DNA of 64,000 nt, taken from assembly GCA_964571085.1 (NCBI GenBank), contig CAZMZT010000002.1, forward strand, positions 2,784 through 66,783, read 5' to 3'. The notes under the pieces were generated by a model that worked only from the letters and a program-made list of their open reading frames with translations, made no database searches and was not told where the DNA came from. The translations under genes and the position numbers were made by a program. The DNA is from an uncultured Candidatus Saccharibacteria bacterium (GTDB lineage: Bacteria > Patescibacteriota > Minisyncoccia > Phycocordibacterales > UBA9973). Positions 1 to 10,126 of this stretch are shown one piece after another; within the stretch, counting starts at the first letter, position 1, and each line of letters opens with the position of its first letter.

Positions 1-495
1 CCACTTCTTGATCATGTTGCCATCTTTATCGACTTGCACAAGTGTGTGCTGGTATGTGACACCGTACTTTTTCTTTAACTCTGTTTCCTTGTCATAATCA
101 GTTTTCAGTATAGTCACTCCTTCTGGGATAGATTTAAGGTTAGCTTCGATACTTGAATTAAGTCCACGGCATGATGGGCACCATGAAGCATGGAAGAATA
201 GTACTACGTCACCATTCTCTGCCTTTGCTATCTTTGTAGCGCTGTATGCCTCGTATGAACCGGCGACCATCATAGTTTCGTCCCTCTCTTCCATATTGGC
301 CCCATCTTTTTGCATCATGGCGTCCTTTTCTTCCATTGCCTTCTTTTCCATCATCATTTTTTCATCGGCCATCTTTTTGTTGTCCATAGCACTATCTACA
401 GCCACCTCACTCTTGTTATTCATAGATGCATATACACCTCCAATGATAACCAACAATGCGATGATACCAACTATAACACCTGTGTTTTTCTTCAT
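1..495 (-). CDS. Membrane-anchored thioredoxin-family protein with Met-rich linker (3' end runs off window)
   Basis: Not in ORF track; manual translation from ATG at 495: MKKNTGVIVGIIALLVIIGG (TM), Met/Glu/Lys-rich linker, then FFHASWCPSC thioredoxin CxxC motif and KYGVTYQHT; frame open to position 1. Confidence 0.85.
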   Translation of the reverse strand, partial: MKKNTGVIVGIIALLVIIGGVYASMNNKSEVAVDSAMDNKKMADEKMMMEKKAMEEKDAMMQKDGANMEERDETMMVAGSYEAYSATKIAKAENGDVVLFFHASWCPSCRGLNSSIEANLKSIPEGVTILKTDYDKETELKKKYGVTYQHTLVQVDKDGNMIKKW

Positions 496-540
496 AATAT
501 ATTTTTACTTACTTATATACCTACTAGTATAATTGAAACA

Positions 541-574
541 AAACTAGATGTAAAGTAAACTTTACATCTAGTTT
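541..574. promoter_or_regulatory. Perfect 15-bp inverted repeat (operator candidate and/or terminator)
   Basis: aaactagatgtaaag-taaa-ctttacatctagttt; core ATGTAAA-N6-TTTAC recurs at 1238-1255. Confidence 0.6.
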
Positions 575-634
575 GTGGACAACCGCTGTAAGCGAGCGGT
601 AGTCGCATGACTGCAACCGCTGTAACTCCGAGAT

Positions 635-997
635 CTATAGGTTCTTGTCGCTCCAGTGCCTGGTGGCTATTTTTACCATTACCATAGTTATAAGTGCGAC
701 AACAAGCCAAGGGTCCACAGTGTGGGTGTATCCTTGGATTACAATACCAAGCATCAGCACTCCAGAACCAGCAAGGAATGCATTCCTACCTGCTAGGGAC
801 TTGTGCTGTTCGTCTCTTTCGTCAACTGACTTTTCCCGAAGTATAAAGCTTGCAAACACTCCAAATACAACCAAAGCAGTGGCGAGCATACACATGACCA
901 TCATATCTGGCATCCAAAAGTGGAAAGGGTTCAGTAGTAGTATCGCTATCGCTACCAAAGCCACTGTTGCTATAGTTTCTCTAAGATTATTTTTCAT
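635..997 (-). CDS. Small multi-pass membrane protein (DUF2178-like), partner of XRE regulator
   Basis: Four hydrophobic segments, DERD motif between TMs, overlaps the stop of the upstream HTH gene. Confidence 0.7.
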   Translation of the reverse strand: MKNNLRETIATVALVAIAILLLNPFHFWMPDMMVMCMLATALVVFGVFASFILREKSVDERDEQHKSLAGRNAFLAGSGVLMLGIVIQGYTHTVDPWLVVALITMVMVKIATRHWSDKNL

Positions 998-1199
998 AAG
1001 ATATTTTAAATATTTTCTCGACAGGAACCTTGAAGAAGCCTGCGATTTTTAATGCTAGTAATATCGACGGGGTATAGTTGCCTTTCTCCAAAGCAATGAT
1101 AGTTTGGCGACTTACATTTACTTTAGAAGCGAGGTCTTCTTGGGTTACACCCGCATCTGATCTGTATTTACTTACTTCGTTTTTTATTTTCTCTGTCAT
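987..1199 (-). CDS. XRE/Cro-family HTH transcriptional regulator
   Basis: TQEDLASKVNVSRQTIIALEKGNYTPS HTH_3 signature; ATG at 1199 preferred. Confidence 0.9.
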   Translation of the reverse strand: MTEKIKNEVSKYRSDAGVTQEDLASKVNVSRQTIIALEKGNYTPSILLALKIAGFFKVPVEKIFKISYEK

Positions 1200-1331
1200 A
1201 TATTGTGTTGCCTCGATTATACATACAGAGAACAACAATGTAAACCTATCTTTACTTTAGTATAGTCACAAACTGGTTTGCCTGCGCGTATCTACCCTTA
1301 GATCACTGGCATTATTCTTGTCATTAACTAG

Positions 1332-1730
1332 TTATGCTACTTTTATCTTTTTTAGCACTCCCTTTCTTTTGACTATGTTTTTGTAGTCCCATCGGATGTC
1401 TTTTGCTTTCTTTAGCCAGCGTTTGAGGTCCTTTAACTTTATTTGTGACACTTCGGTGTATCTGACTTCAGATGCCTTGAAGCTACCTTCGTTCTGCAAT
1501 CCTTCCTCCTTAAAGGACTGCCCACTCCAGAAGAGTAGTCGTACAGAGTCCTTTAGTTTGTCGTAGCCGACAACAGGGTTGCCATCTAGGAACCAGACAG
1601 GATTCCGGTGCCAGATCTTGTTCTCGGCCTTAGGAAGTGCTTTGTCTATCTCACTAGCAAGTAGGGTACATATCTTCTTGTCTTCTTTTGATAAGGCAGA
1701 GTTATATGATTTTATTTCTTTTGAGATCAT
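1332..1730 (-). CDS. DUF1801 (YdhG-like) protein
   Basis: KIWHRNPVWFLDGNPVVGY...VRLLFWSGQSF pattern. Confidence 0.75.
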   Translation of the reverse strand: MISKEIKSYNSALSKEDKKICTLLASEIDKALPKAENKIWHRNPVWFLDGNPVVGYDKLKDSVRLLFWSGQSFKEEGLQNEGSFKASEVRYTEVSQIKLKDLKRWLKKAKDIRWDYKNIVKRKGVLKKIKVA

Positions 1731-1820
1731 AGAGGTATTATAACATCATTTAAATAGCCTCCTCTAGTGTAGTTATTCTGGTGGTTTTTCTATGGTTTTA
1801 TGGTAATATATCGAGGTTAT

Positions 1821-1894
1821 TGCCGATTCGTCTAATGGTAGGACACATCCCTCTGGAGGATGGTATTGGGGTTCGAGTCCCTGATCGGCAGCCA
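1821..1894 (+). tRNA. tRNA-Gln(CTG), CCA encoded; integration target
   Basis: Acceptor stem tgccgat/atcggca, D arm gtc-taatggtag-gac, anticodon arm catcc-ctCTGga-ggatg, T loop gttcgagtc, ends gcca. Confidence 0.96.
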
Positions 1895-1971
1895 ACTTGA
1901 GCTAGCTCAAAGATAGCTAGTAAAAGATAACTATACTGTAAATTGCATACCTGCTGAGAGCAGTATTCAGA

Positions 1972-2009
1972 ACAAAAAGCACTTCCGATACGGAGGTGTT
2001 TTTTGTTGT
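1972..2009 (+). terminator. Intrinsic terminator after tRNA/attL
   Basis: acaaaaagcacttccg-ata-cggaggtgttttttgt; homologous hairpin at 17128-17163. Confidence 0.75.
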
Positions 2010-2043
2010 TTTATATTACAACAAAGTATGCTATAATCTTTTT

Positions 2044-2250
2044 ATGAAAGATGATGCCAAAAAGTTGGGAGAAAATCTCAAAAAACTTAGGATCAAAAAA
2101 GATATTAGCCAAATAGAACTCGCCAGAATATTAGGCGTTGATCGATCTTTTGTGAGCAATATCGAAAACGGAAAGAATAATCCGACTCTTTCAACCATTA
2201 CTAGCTTAGCCAAGGCGTTAGGTGTTTCAACTAACGAACTTTTAAAATAA
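2044..2250 (+). CDS. XRE HTH, controller (C)-protein-like regulator heading the R-M operon
   Basis: SQIELARILGVDRSFVSNIENGKNNPTLSTI; extended -10 tgctataat at 2029-2037, 6 nt before ATG; stop 1 nt before helicase ATG. Confidence 0.85.
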   Translation: MKDDAKKLGENLKKLRIKKDISQIELARILGVDRSFVSNIENGKNNPTLSTITSLAKALGVSTNELLK

Positions 2251-2251
2251 T

Positions 2252-5200
2252 ATGTCGTCATCAATAACAAACACCGGTGATAATACGCTTTCGTCAAACT
2301 TAAAGAGCATTTTGCCTAATTGTGACAAGGTAGATGCTTTGGTTGGATATTTTTACTTTTCTGGTTTTCGAGATTTACATCATGAGCTAAAAGACAAGCA
2401 GATCAGAATTTTAGTAGGAATGGATATCGATAAGAAAATACTTGATAGAGTTTCCACTCTTAAGGATTTAAATTTGGATTCATATACAACTGACACAAAG
2501 ACATCTTCTCGATCTATTGCAAAAGATGACTATATAGAAAACTTTTCAAGAATTTTCAACGATACTGATTTTTTCGATAATGATGAATCACAGCAAGCTT
2601 TTGAGATTTTTTTAGACAAAATTAAGGATGGAAGTTTGCAAATCAAAAAGACTGCACAAGCAAATCACTCAAAGTTCTATATTTTGCATAATAAACCTGA
2701 ATTCTCAACAAATGGAATCACACCAGGAATTGTTATTGAGGGTTCAAGTAATCTAACTTTTTCAGGATTAAAAGGACAAGGAGAACACAACCGTATTTTA
2801 ATGGAAAAACATTATTACGAGGATGATGTTAAACGTTTTGAATCTGTATGGGCTGATCCAGATAACATAGTTATTACTGATCTTGATTCAGCAGAGACAT
2901 TCATAAAAGAAGTAAAAGAAAAGATTTGGCTGTATGCTTTACCAAACCCACTCTTGATGTACTACAAAGTGCTCAATGAATATTTTGCTGTAACTGAAAT
3001 CGAAAACATGAAAACCCCAAAGCATATCACTGGGGGTAAATTTTCTGATCTTAAATACCAAAAGGATGCAATTAATTTAGGGATAGATCGTATTAAGAAA
3101 TTTGGCGGTGTGATTATTGCCGACGTGGTGGGTCTAGGAAAAAGTATTATTGCTTCTGCAATTGCTCACAACCTGGGCTATAAGACTATCATTATTGCAC
3201 CCCCTCACCTTGAAAGTCAGTGGAAAGATTACACAGCAGAGTTTGATTTTAAGGGTCACATCTATTCAACTGGAAAAATTGAAGAAGCATTACAACGACA
3301 CGGTAATGATGAAAGTAAGCTTTTGATAATTCTTGATGAAGCACACAAGCACCGAAATGAGGATACTGATAACTATAAGGTTTTACACAGACTTTGTGCT
3401 GGTAACTATGTAATGGCATTGTCTGCCACTCCTTTCAATAATGATCCAAAAGATATTTACGCACTAATTAAATTATTTAGTACCCCAGGACAATCAACTA
3501 TTAGAACAGTTGAAAATCTAAGTATGTCTTTCCATATGCTTTTCAAGCGATATAAAGCAGTTCGAAGAGATCTACGAAAGAACACAAAAGATGAGGGTGA
3601 TAATTCTGAAATTAAAATCGAACTACATTCAATCGCAGATGAATTGAGAAAAATGATTGAACCTTTGATTATTCGAAGATCTCGTCTTGATCTTGAAGAA
3701 ATAGAAGAATATAAGGATGACTTAAAGGCTCAAGGTGTTGCTTTTGCAAAAGTGAAAGATCCACAGCTTTTGGAATATGATCTTGGTGACATGTTTGATA
3801 TTTACGTTAAGACTCTTGAAAAAATTGCTCCAGAAGATAGAAGCACTAGTTTTATTGGTGCTAGATATAAACCAGCTTCATATATAAATCAAGGATCAAA
3901 ATTCCTTGAAAAACTTATTGAACAAGACGACGAAGACGGTATGTCTGCCGAAGAAAAACTTCAAAGAATTACACAAGCTCAAAGCAACCTTGCTCGATTC
4001 ATGAGAAGACTTCTTGTTCGTCGTTTTGAAAGTTCTGTTGGTGCTTTTAAATTATCATTAAGAAATATGATCACTTCTTCTGAAGCGATGCTTGATTGGT
4101 ATGAGAATCGACAGGAAGTTCCAATATTTAAAAAAGGTGTCTTGCCTGATTCTGAATATTTAAGTGAACTAGATGAAAAAGAATTAGAAGATACATTAAA
4201 TAAACTTGAAGATAAGGGTCTTATTAGAATTCCACTAAGCGAATTACAACCACAATTTGGTGACCACTTGAAACACGATATTGCTCTCCTCAAAGAGATT
4301 GATTCTGAATGGTCTGATAAAAATAGTGATCCAAAGTTTGAATTCTTTAAACAAAAGATTTCTCAATCATTAGCAGAAAATCCAAACAGAAAAATTGTCG
4401 TGTTTACAGAATTTTCTGATACTGCAAACTATGTATTCCAAAAACTACAAAAAGACGGCTTTGATCGTGTATTTAAGTATAGTTCAGAAGATGCTTCAGA
4501 TGAAAATAAGAGAATAATTAGATCAAACTTTGATGCAGGTCTTGAAGAATCAAAACAATCAAATGACTTCGATATTATTATTGCTACAGATGCAATTTCT
4601 GAAGGGTTCAACTTACACCGAGCAGGAGCAATCATCAACTATGATATTCCATACAACCCAACTCGTGTAATTCAACGTGTAGGACGTATTAACCGTATCA
4701 ACAGAAAAGTCTTTGACGAATTGTATATTTACAACTTTTTCCCAACACTTACTGGTGAATTAGAAACAAGAACAAAGGCAATCTCAACTTTGAAAATGGA
4801 TCTTATCCATACTCTTTTAGGTGAAGATACAAAGACTCTTACATCAGAAGAAGATTTGAAAAACTATTTTGCAAAACAGTACAAGGAAGAAAATAGTAAA
4901 AATGAAAGTCTATCCTGGGACGCACCATATCGAAATGCTTGGCTCAAGATTAAAGATGACAAGAAAATAATGGAGCAAATATCTCGAATTCCACACCGTT
5001 CAAGAATTGCTCGAAAAACAAAAGATATCAGTGGCGTAGTCGCTTTTGCAAAGAAAAGTGGAAACTATGTATTTGCTTTTGGAAAGACACCTGAAACTGT
5101 CGAAATCGTATCTCCTCAAGTAGCTCTTCCTTTGTTTAATCAAGTAATTGACTCAGAAGAATCACTACAAACAACAGTAAACTTTGATCCTATTTATAGA

Positions 5201-5545
5201 ATGGCAAAGGAACATATATTCAAAGACAATACAAAGGCCTCTGTTGATGGTGGTCGAAAACAAGATGCACTTAATCGAGTTAAGTTGCTTGGTGAATTAT
5301 ATCCTCAAGCAAAAGATCTTTGTTTGGACATAATAAGAGCAATAAAAGATCTTGACGCTCTTCCAAATGGTGTGCTTAAGGAGATTGTAGAACTTCGTAT
5401 TGATAAAACTAATCCAGAAAAAGCATATCTTGAACTCAAAGAACTTATTCCAAGCAAGTATATTGAAAGTATCTTTGAAACAGCAGATCGAGCTAATGAT
5501 GACGGTAAACTCATTGTTCTGTCTGAAGAATTAATCGCACTATGA
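2252..5545 (+). CDS. PLD-nuclease + SF2 (SNF2-like) helicase, restriction-subunit-like
   Basis: N-terminal VGYFYFSG, HSKFY and GSSNLT (PLD HxK); ADVVGLGKS (Walker A), ILDEAH, LSATP, TDAISEGFNL, QRVGRINR. Confidence 0.88.
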   Translation: MSSSITNTGDNTLSSNLKSILPNCDKVDALVGYFYFSGFRDLHHELKDKQIRILVGMDIDKKILDRVSTLKDLNLDSYTTDTKTSSRSIAKDDYIENFSRIFNDTDFFDNDESQQAFEIFLDKIKDGSLQIKKTAQANHSKFYILHNKPEFSTNGITPGIVIEGSSNLTFSGLKGQGEHNRILMEKHYYEDDVKRFESVWADPDNIVITDLDSAETFIKEVKEKIWLYALPNPLLMYYKVLNEYFAVTEIENMKTPKHITGGKFSDLKYQKDAINLGIDRIKKFGGVIIADVVGLGKSIIASAIAHNLGYKTIIIAPPHLESQWKDYTAEFDFKGHIYSTGKIEEALQRHGNDESKLLIILDEAHKHRNEDTDNYKVLHRLCAGNYVMALSATPFNNDPKDIYALIKLFSTPGQSTIRTVENLSMSFHMLFKRYKAVRRDLRKNTKDEGDNSEIKIELHSIADELRKMIEPLIIRRSRLDLEEIEEYKDDLKAQGVAFAKVKDPQLLEYDLGDMFDIYVKTLEKIAPEDRSTSFIGARYKPASYINQGSKFLEKLIEQDDEDGMSAEEKLQRITQAQSNLARFMRRLLVRRFESSVGAFKLSLRNMITSSEAMLDWYENRQEVPIFKKGVLPDSEYLSELDEKELEDTLNKLEDKGLIRIPLSELQPQFGDHLKHDIALLKEIDSEWSDKNSDPKFEFFKQKISQSLAENPNRKIVVFTEFSDTANYVFQKLQKDGFDRVFKYSSEDASDENKRIIRSNFDAGLEESKQSNDFDIIIATDAISEGFNLHRAGAIINYDIPYNPTRVIQRVGRINRINRKVFDELYIYNFFPTLTGELETRTKAISTLKMDLIHTLLGEDTKTLTSEEDLKNYFAKQYKEENSKNESLSWDAPYRNAWLKIKDDKKIMEQISRIPHRSRIARKTKDISGVVAFAKKSGNYVFAFGKTPETVEIVSPQVALPLFNQVIDSEESLQTTVNFDPIYRMAKEHIFKDNTKASVDGGRKQDALNRVKLLGELYPQAKDLCLDIIRAIKDLDALPNGVLKEIVELRIDKTNPEKAYLELKELIPSKYIESIFETADRANDDGKLIVLSEELIAL

Positions 5546-8500
5546 AATTAAACGAAAAATACAATCCAGAATCTTTTGTTAATTTCATTCAAGATTTTCT
5601 TCCTGAAGATTTTAAATTAAGAGAAGAAGATATTGTAATTAACAAAGATAGATATAAAGAGATAACCAAAGCAAAGATTTTGGGTTTTTGTGAATCACTT
5701 GATTTGCATGTTTTGGAAATGGATCATACTCATGATAAAGATCCACGAGTAGCTATTGCGACGGATGCTTTTAAAATTTTGGCAGATCACTGGATCCACA
5801 GGGCTTTAGTTATTTTCAAGAGTAATGATTCTGATAATTATCGCTTTTCGTACCTCACGATAACTCTAGATCTCAATGATAAAAATAAAGTTATTAAAAA
5901 ATACTCTAATGCACGACGGTACTCTTTTTATCTAGGAAGTAGTGCAAAAGTAAGAACTCCAGAACAGCAACTTATTAAGAAAGGAAAGATTAAAGATGTA
6001 GATGACTTACTCAACCGTTTCTCCGTTGAGGTTGTAAACAAGCAATTTTATCTAGAAGTTGCAAAATTCTTTGATGAGCTTGTTTCTATAGAAGATCAAA
6101 ATCTTATTCTTCCTGGAGTGTCTGAGACAGATATAAATACTCGCAAGAGCTTTGCTGTTCGCCTTATTGGACGAGCAATGTTTTGTTGGTTCTTAAAGCA
6201 AAAGAAGTCAGATAACGGTCAGCTTGTTCCCGATGAAATCTTATCTTCAAAAGTTGTGTCAGATAATTATTATCATAATGTACTGGAACCTCTGTTCTTT
6301 GGAGTTTTGAATACTAGTATTGATGCTCGTGATATACGAACTGAACTTTTTGATAAAGTACCATACCTAAACGGTGGTCTCTTTAATCCTCAAACTGATG
6401 ATTATTATGAACTCGACCGTGGTACATTTGCTTCGAAATATATCAATACCCTCAAAATAAGTGATAAATGGTTTAAAGAATTTTTTGAGCTTCTTGAAAC
6501 ATACAATTTTACTATTGATGAAAACACGGTATTTGATCAAGAGCTTTCAGTTGATCCTGAAATGCTTGGTCGTATTTTTGAAAATCTCTTGGCTGAAATT
6601 AACCCAGAAACTGGAAGCAGTGAACGAAAGCGAACAGGAAGTTTTTATACTCCAAGACAGATTGTTGAATATATGGTTGATCAGTCTTTGATTGAATACT
6701 TTAAAACCAAAACAGATATTGAAGACAAGAAACTAAACGCCCTGGTTAGTTACGATTTAACTGACGATACTGAGTATCCTCTAGAACAAAAAGAAAAAGA
6801 GCAAATTATTAACGCGATAGAATCACTTAAAATCCTTGATCCTGCTTGTGGGTCAGGAGCATATCCTATCGGAGCACTTCAAAAGATTGTTTATATTCTG
6901 CAACAAGTAGATCCAGAGTGTACTCTTTGGCTTGATAAGAAACTTCAAGGTGTTCCTGATTTATACAAACAAAAGATAATCAACGAAGTAAAGCAAAACC
7001 CATTTGATTACACACGAAAACTGGATGTAATAAAAAACTCTATCTTTGGAGTAGATATTCAACCAATTGCGGTAGATGTATCTCGTCTGCGATGCTTTTT
7101 GACCTTGGTTGTTGAATCTGAAATTGATGATAATAAACCAAATCGTGGGATAGAACCACTTCCAAACTTGGACTTTAAATTCGTATGTGCGAATAGTTTA
7201 GTTCCTGCCCCAGAACAAGAAAAAACACAAGATCATTCATTATTTGGTGATGAGTTTCAAGATAAACTTTCGGTTGCTGTTGATGCCTACTTTTCTTCTT
7301 CAGGTGAAAATAAAAGAAATGCGAATAATGAAATCCATAAACTGATTGATAATAAAGTTAGGGAAAAATTAGCTCATCTAACTGGTCTTGTTTCTTATAA
7401 TGGAGATAAAAAAATGGAAGATATTCTAGCAAAAATGAATAAGAAGCAAATTGATAAGCATTCTAGAATATTAATCTTGTGGTCTAGTTATAAAAATATC
7501 TTCACAAATAAACCAGTGGATTTCTTTGACCCTCATTATTTTTTTCCTAGTGTTAAAAATGGATTCGATATTATTATTGCTAATCCACCATACGTAAGTA
7601 TTAATCAAATATCAAAAAACAAAGATTCCTTTACCTCTTACCTAAAAAGTGGAGATGCATCTTTGGGTAATTATTTAGGCATAAATTTACACAGCACTCC
7701 GATGTCTAGAAAAAAATATCCGCCGAAGCCTAATTTATACGCATTCTTTTTTGTAATGGCAAAAAAATTATGCACTAGTAATGGGATAATATCTTTCATT
7801 GTCCCGAAAGGGGTTCTAACAGCTAAAGATTTAGATACACTCAGATATTTATTCTTATCTAAAATGCAGCTTTTCTTACTTACTTCATTCAAAGAGGGTG
7901 TATTTAATCATAGTGAGACATCTAGTGGAAAGATTGCCACAAGTAGTTTGTTGGTTTTTTTAAAAAATACGACTATCGATAGCAACCATAAAATCAATAT
8001 ATCGAATGTAACAATTGGAGAATTGGGCAACGATGTATCTTCAAAAATTGACTCCAATATCCTTTTAGAGAATATAGATAATTGGAATTTAATATCAATG
8101 TCTGCTGAACAGTTATCTATACTAGCAAAATATAATAAAGGTAAGGATTTAAGTATTTATTATAATCATGAATCGGAAAGAGAGTCGATTCATAAATTTT
8201 ATTTTGATGTAGGTTTTACCCTAGATAAAAATAAAATAATCAAGGAGGAACCAATAAATCATTCTGAATACTATAGACTTTTTGAGTTTAAGGGAATTAA
8301 AACATACCGTCTTGAAACTAAAGATTATTATCCAAAAAATAAAAATTATATTGCACTTACTAAAAATAGCCAAGGTTATATAGTTCTAGATCAACAATAT
8401 AAAATTATTTGGAGTGTTAAGAACCCATCTGCTTTTGGTTTTACGGATGAAGAAGTTATATTTCCAATGGGTAAAGCCGCTATAATTGCTAGTAATGATA

Positions 8501-8814
8501 AAAATGAAATATTATTTTTACTTTCTATTTTAAATTCTAAAATTACTTGGTTTATTTTAACCATATTATTAAAACACGAGGGCGAAAAAGATATGCTAGT
8601 TCCAATTTCGTCAATAAAAAATTATATTAGAATACCAGATATTAAAAAAGAGCAAAAAAATGAAATTATAAAAATTTCTAATGAAATTACACAGTATAAA
8701 ATAAAAAATGATGAAAAGATGTCTGTAGAGCTTGAGAAAAAGATAGACGATTTGATATTAGATTATTTTGGTTATACTGAAGCTGAAAAAGAAATTATAA
8801 GAAGCTCTAACTAA
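5542..8814 (+). CDS. Eco57I/Type IIG-like N6-adenine DNA methyltransferase with C-terminal target recognition domain
   Basis: PYLNGGLF, GSFYTP, LDPACGSG (motif I), IIANPPY (motif IV); ATGA overlap with helicase stop. Confidence 0.88.
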   Translation: MKLNEKYNPESFVNFIQDFLPEDFKLREEDIVINKDRYKEITKAKILGFCESLDLHVLEMDHTHDKDPRVAIATDAFKILADHWIHRALVIFKSNDSDNYRFSYLTITLDLNDKNKVIKKYSNARRYSFYLGSSAKVRTPEQQLIKKGKIKDVDDLLNRFSVEVVNKQFYLEVAKFFDELVSIEDQNLILPGVSETDINTRKSFAVRLIGRAMFCWFLKQKKSDNGQLVPDEILSSKVVSDNYYHNVLEPLFFGVLNTSIDARDIRTELFDKVPYLNGGLFNPQTDDYYELDRGTFASKYINTLKISDKWFKEFFELLETYNFTIDENTVFDQELSVDPEMLGRIFENLLAEINPETGSSERKRTGSFYTPRQIVEYMVDQSLIEYFKTKTDIEDKKLNALVSYDLTDDTEYPLEQKEKEQIINAIESLKILDPACGSGAYPIGALQKIVYILQQVDPECTLWLDKKLQGVPDLYKQKIINEVKQNPFDYTRKLDVIKNSIFGVDIQPIAVDVSRLRCFLTLVVESEIDDNKPNRGIEPLPNLDFKFVCANSLVPAPEQEKTQDHSLFGDEFQDKLSVAVDAYFSSSGENKRNANNEIHKLIDNKVREKLAHLTGLVSYNGDKKMEDILAKMNKKQIDKHSRILILWSSYKNIFTNKPVDFFDPHYFFPSVKNGFDIIIANPPYVSINQISKNKDSFTSYLKSGDASLGNYLGINLHSTPMSRKKYPPKPNLYAFFFVMAKKLCTSNGIISFIVPKGVLTAKDLDTLRYLFLSKMQLFLLTSFKEGVFNHSETSSGKIATSSLLVFLKNTTIDSNHKINISNVTIGELGNDVSSKIDSNILLENIDNWNLISMSAEQLSILAKYNKGKDLSIYYNHESERESIHKFYFDVGFTLDKNKIIKEEPINHSEYYRLFEFKGIKTYRLETKDYYPKNKNYIALTKNSQGYIVLDQQYKIIWSVKNPSAFGFTDEEVIFPMGKAAIIASNDKNEILFLLSILNSKITWFILTILLKHEGEKDMLVPISSIKNYIRIPDIKKEQKNEIIKISNEITQYKIKNDEKMSVELEKKIDDLILDYFGYTEAEKEIIRSSN

Positions 8815-10126
8815 GAGATATTATTTTATTCTTCAATATAATTTTACTCTTAAAACAAGTTAGCAATTCTCGCTTCTCTTCAACTAATCCGTCTTTTAAA
8901 ATAAATTTGGCGTAGTCTCTGATGTCTACGTCTTTTATTTGTATCTGTTGTTTCGTATTCAAGACAGATTGATTAAATCTTTTTATTCTTTCCACCTCAT
9001 ATTTAATCTTTTCTCTCATGCCAATCTCATTGATATTTACTTGATCAATAAGCTTTTCGAATTGCTGTATTAGTTCGATTTCGTTTATATAACCACACTT
9101 ACAGTTCTTATCTTTCGATCTGGTGCATCCATAGTAGATGTGTCTATTTACTGATCCGTCTTTTAGCTTTTTAAACTTTTCATCTGCACATATACCAGAT
9201 CCACAAAGCCCACAGGTCATCATTTTTGTAAAAGCAAATTCTTTTGGTTCTTGAGTTCGTAATGCTTGGCTTTTAACTTGTTCTTGAACCAATTCAAAAA
9301 GTTCTTTATTGATTATTGGTTCATGTCTACCTGTATAAAAGTTTCCGCTTTTTCGTGGATATTCAAAAACTCCATAATAAAATGGATTTTGAAGTATGAG
9401 ATAAATATTACTAAGGGTGAGACCCTTGTTTCCACTTCTAGTTTTAAAATTCAGATCAAATTTAAGCCAGTGAAAAAGCTTTCTACCAGACCACTTTTCG
9501 TAGGCTACTTTTTCAAACATTTGTTTTACTATTGGTGCTCGTTCTGGATCTATGACTACTTCGCATTTTTTGTCCATTCGCTTTTCATTGAGATACCCAA
9601 CAACAGCAGGACCTGGGCGAAGTCCCATTTCACATCTTGTTCGCAATCCTCGTTTTACGTTAATACTTTTATTATCGTTCTCGAGTTTAGCTTGTGAACA
9701 TAGAATCATCAAAAGAAATTTCTCGTTTGGAGAATTTTTGAAATGTTGCCCATATGTTCTAATCTCAAGAATTTTTGTCTCGTCCATAAGATCAACTACT
9801 GAACCAAGATCACCAGCGTTTCTTGATAGACGATCTGGTGCCCAAGTCAGTATTCCGTTATATCTACCTCGACGTATATCCTCCAAGACTTCTCTAAATA
9901 CTGGTCGTTGTCCAGATTCTTTAGCTGAATGAGATTCACGCCTAATATCTACGACGGTTAAGCCGTCACGATCGGCTATTGCAAGCATTTCTTTAACCTG
10001 GGATTCGATAGACAGGGCTTGCTTTTCGTCTGATTCGGTTGATTTTCGAGCATACAGGACATACCGAATCTTGGTTTTTGGTACCTCTGTTCTAACCCCC
10101 AAATTGCTTATATATTGCGTCTCCAT
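8807..10126 (-). CDS. Large serine recombinase (resolvase + recombinase + Zn-ribbon)
   Basis: YARKST catalytic Ser, DRLSRN, NPFYYG, HEPII, CGLCG...YYGC...C zinc ribbon. Confidence 0.95.
   Translation of the reverse strand: METQYISNLGVRTEVPKTKIRYVLYARKSTESDEKQALSIESQVKEMLAIADRDGLTVVDIRRESHSAKESGQRPVFREVLEDIRRGRYNGILTWAPDRLSRNAGDLGSVVDLMDETKILEIRTYGQHFKNSPNEKFLLMILCSQAKLENDNKSINVKRGLRTRCEMGLRPGPAVVGYLNEKRMDKKCEVVIDPERAPIVKQMFEKVAYEKWSGRKLFHWLKFDLNFKTRSGNKGLTLSNIYLILQNPFYYGVFEYPRKSGNFYTGRHEPIINKELFELVQEQVKSQALRTQEPKEFAFTKMMTCGLCGSGICADEKFKKLKDGSVNRHIYYGCTRSKDKNCKCGYINEIELIQQFEKLIDQVNINEIGMREKIKYEVERIKRFNQSVLNTKQQIQIKDVDIRDYAKFILKDGLVEEKRELLTCFKSKIILKNKIISLS

Noticed and set aside
296-710. ORF-track frames 296-532, 310-558 and 513-710
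   Set aside because: Shadows of the minus-strand thioredoxin gene and its intergenic region
2252-8814. DISARM or BREX system
   Set aside because: No drmA/drmB (DUF1998) or pglZ/brxC genes; only the helicase and MTase are present
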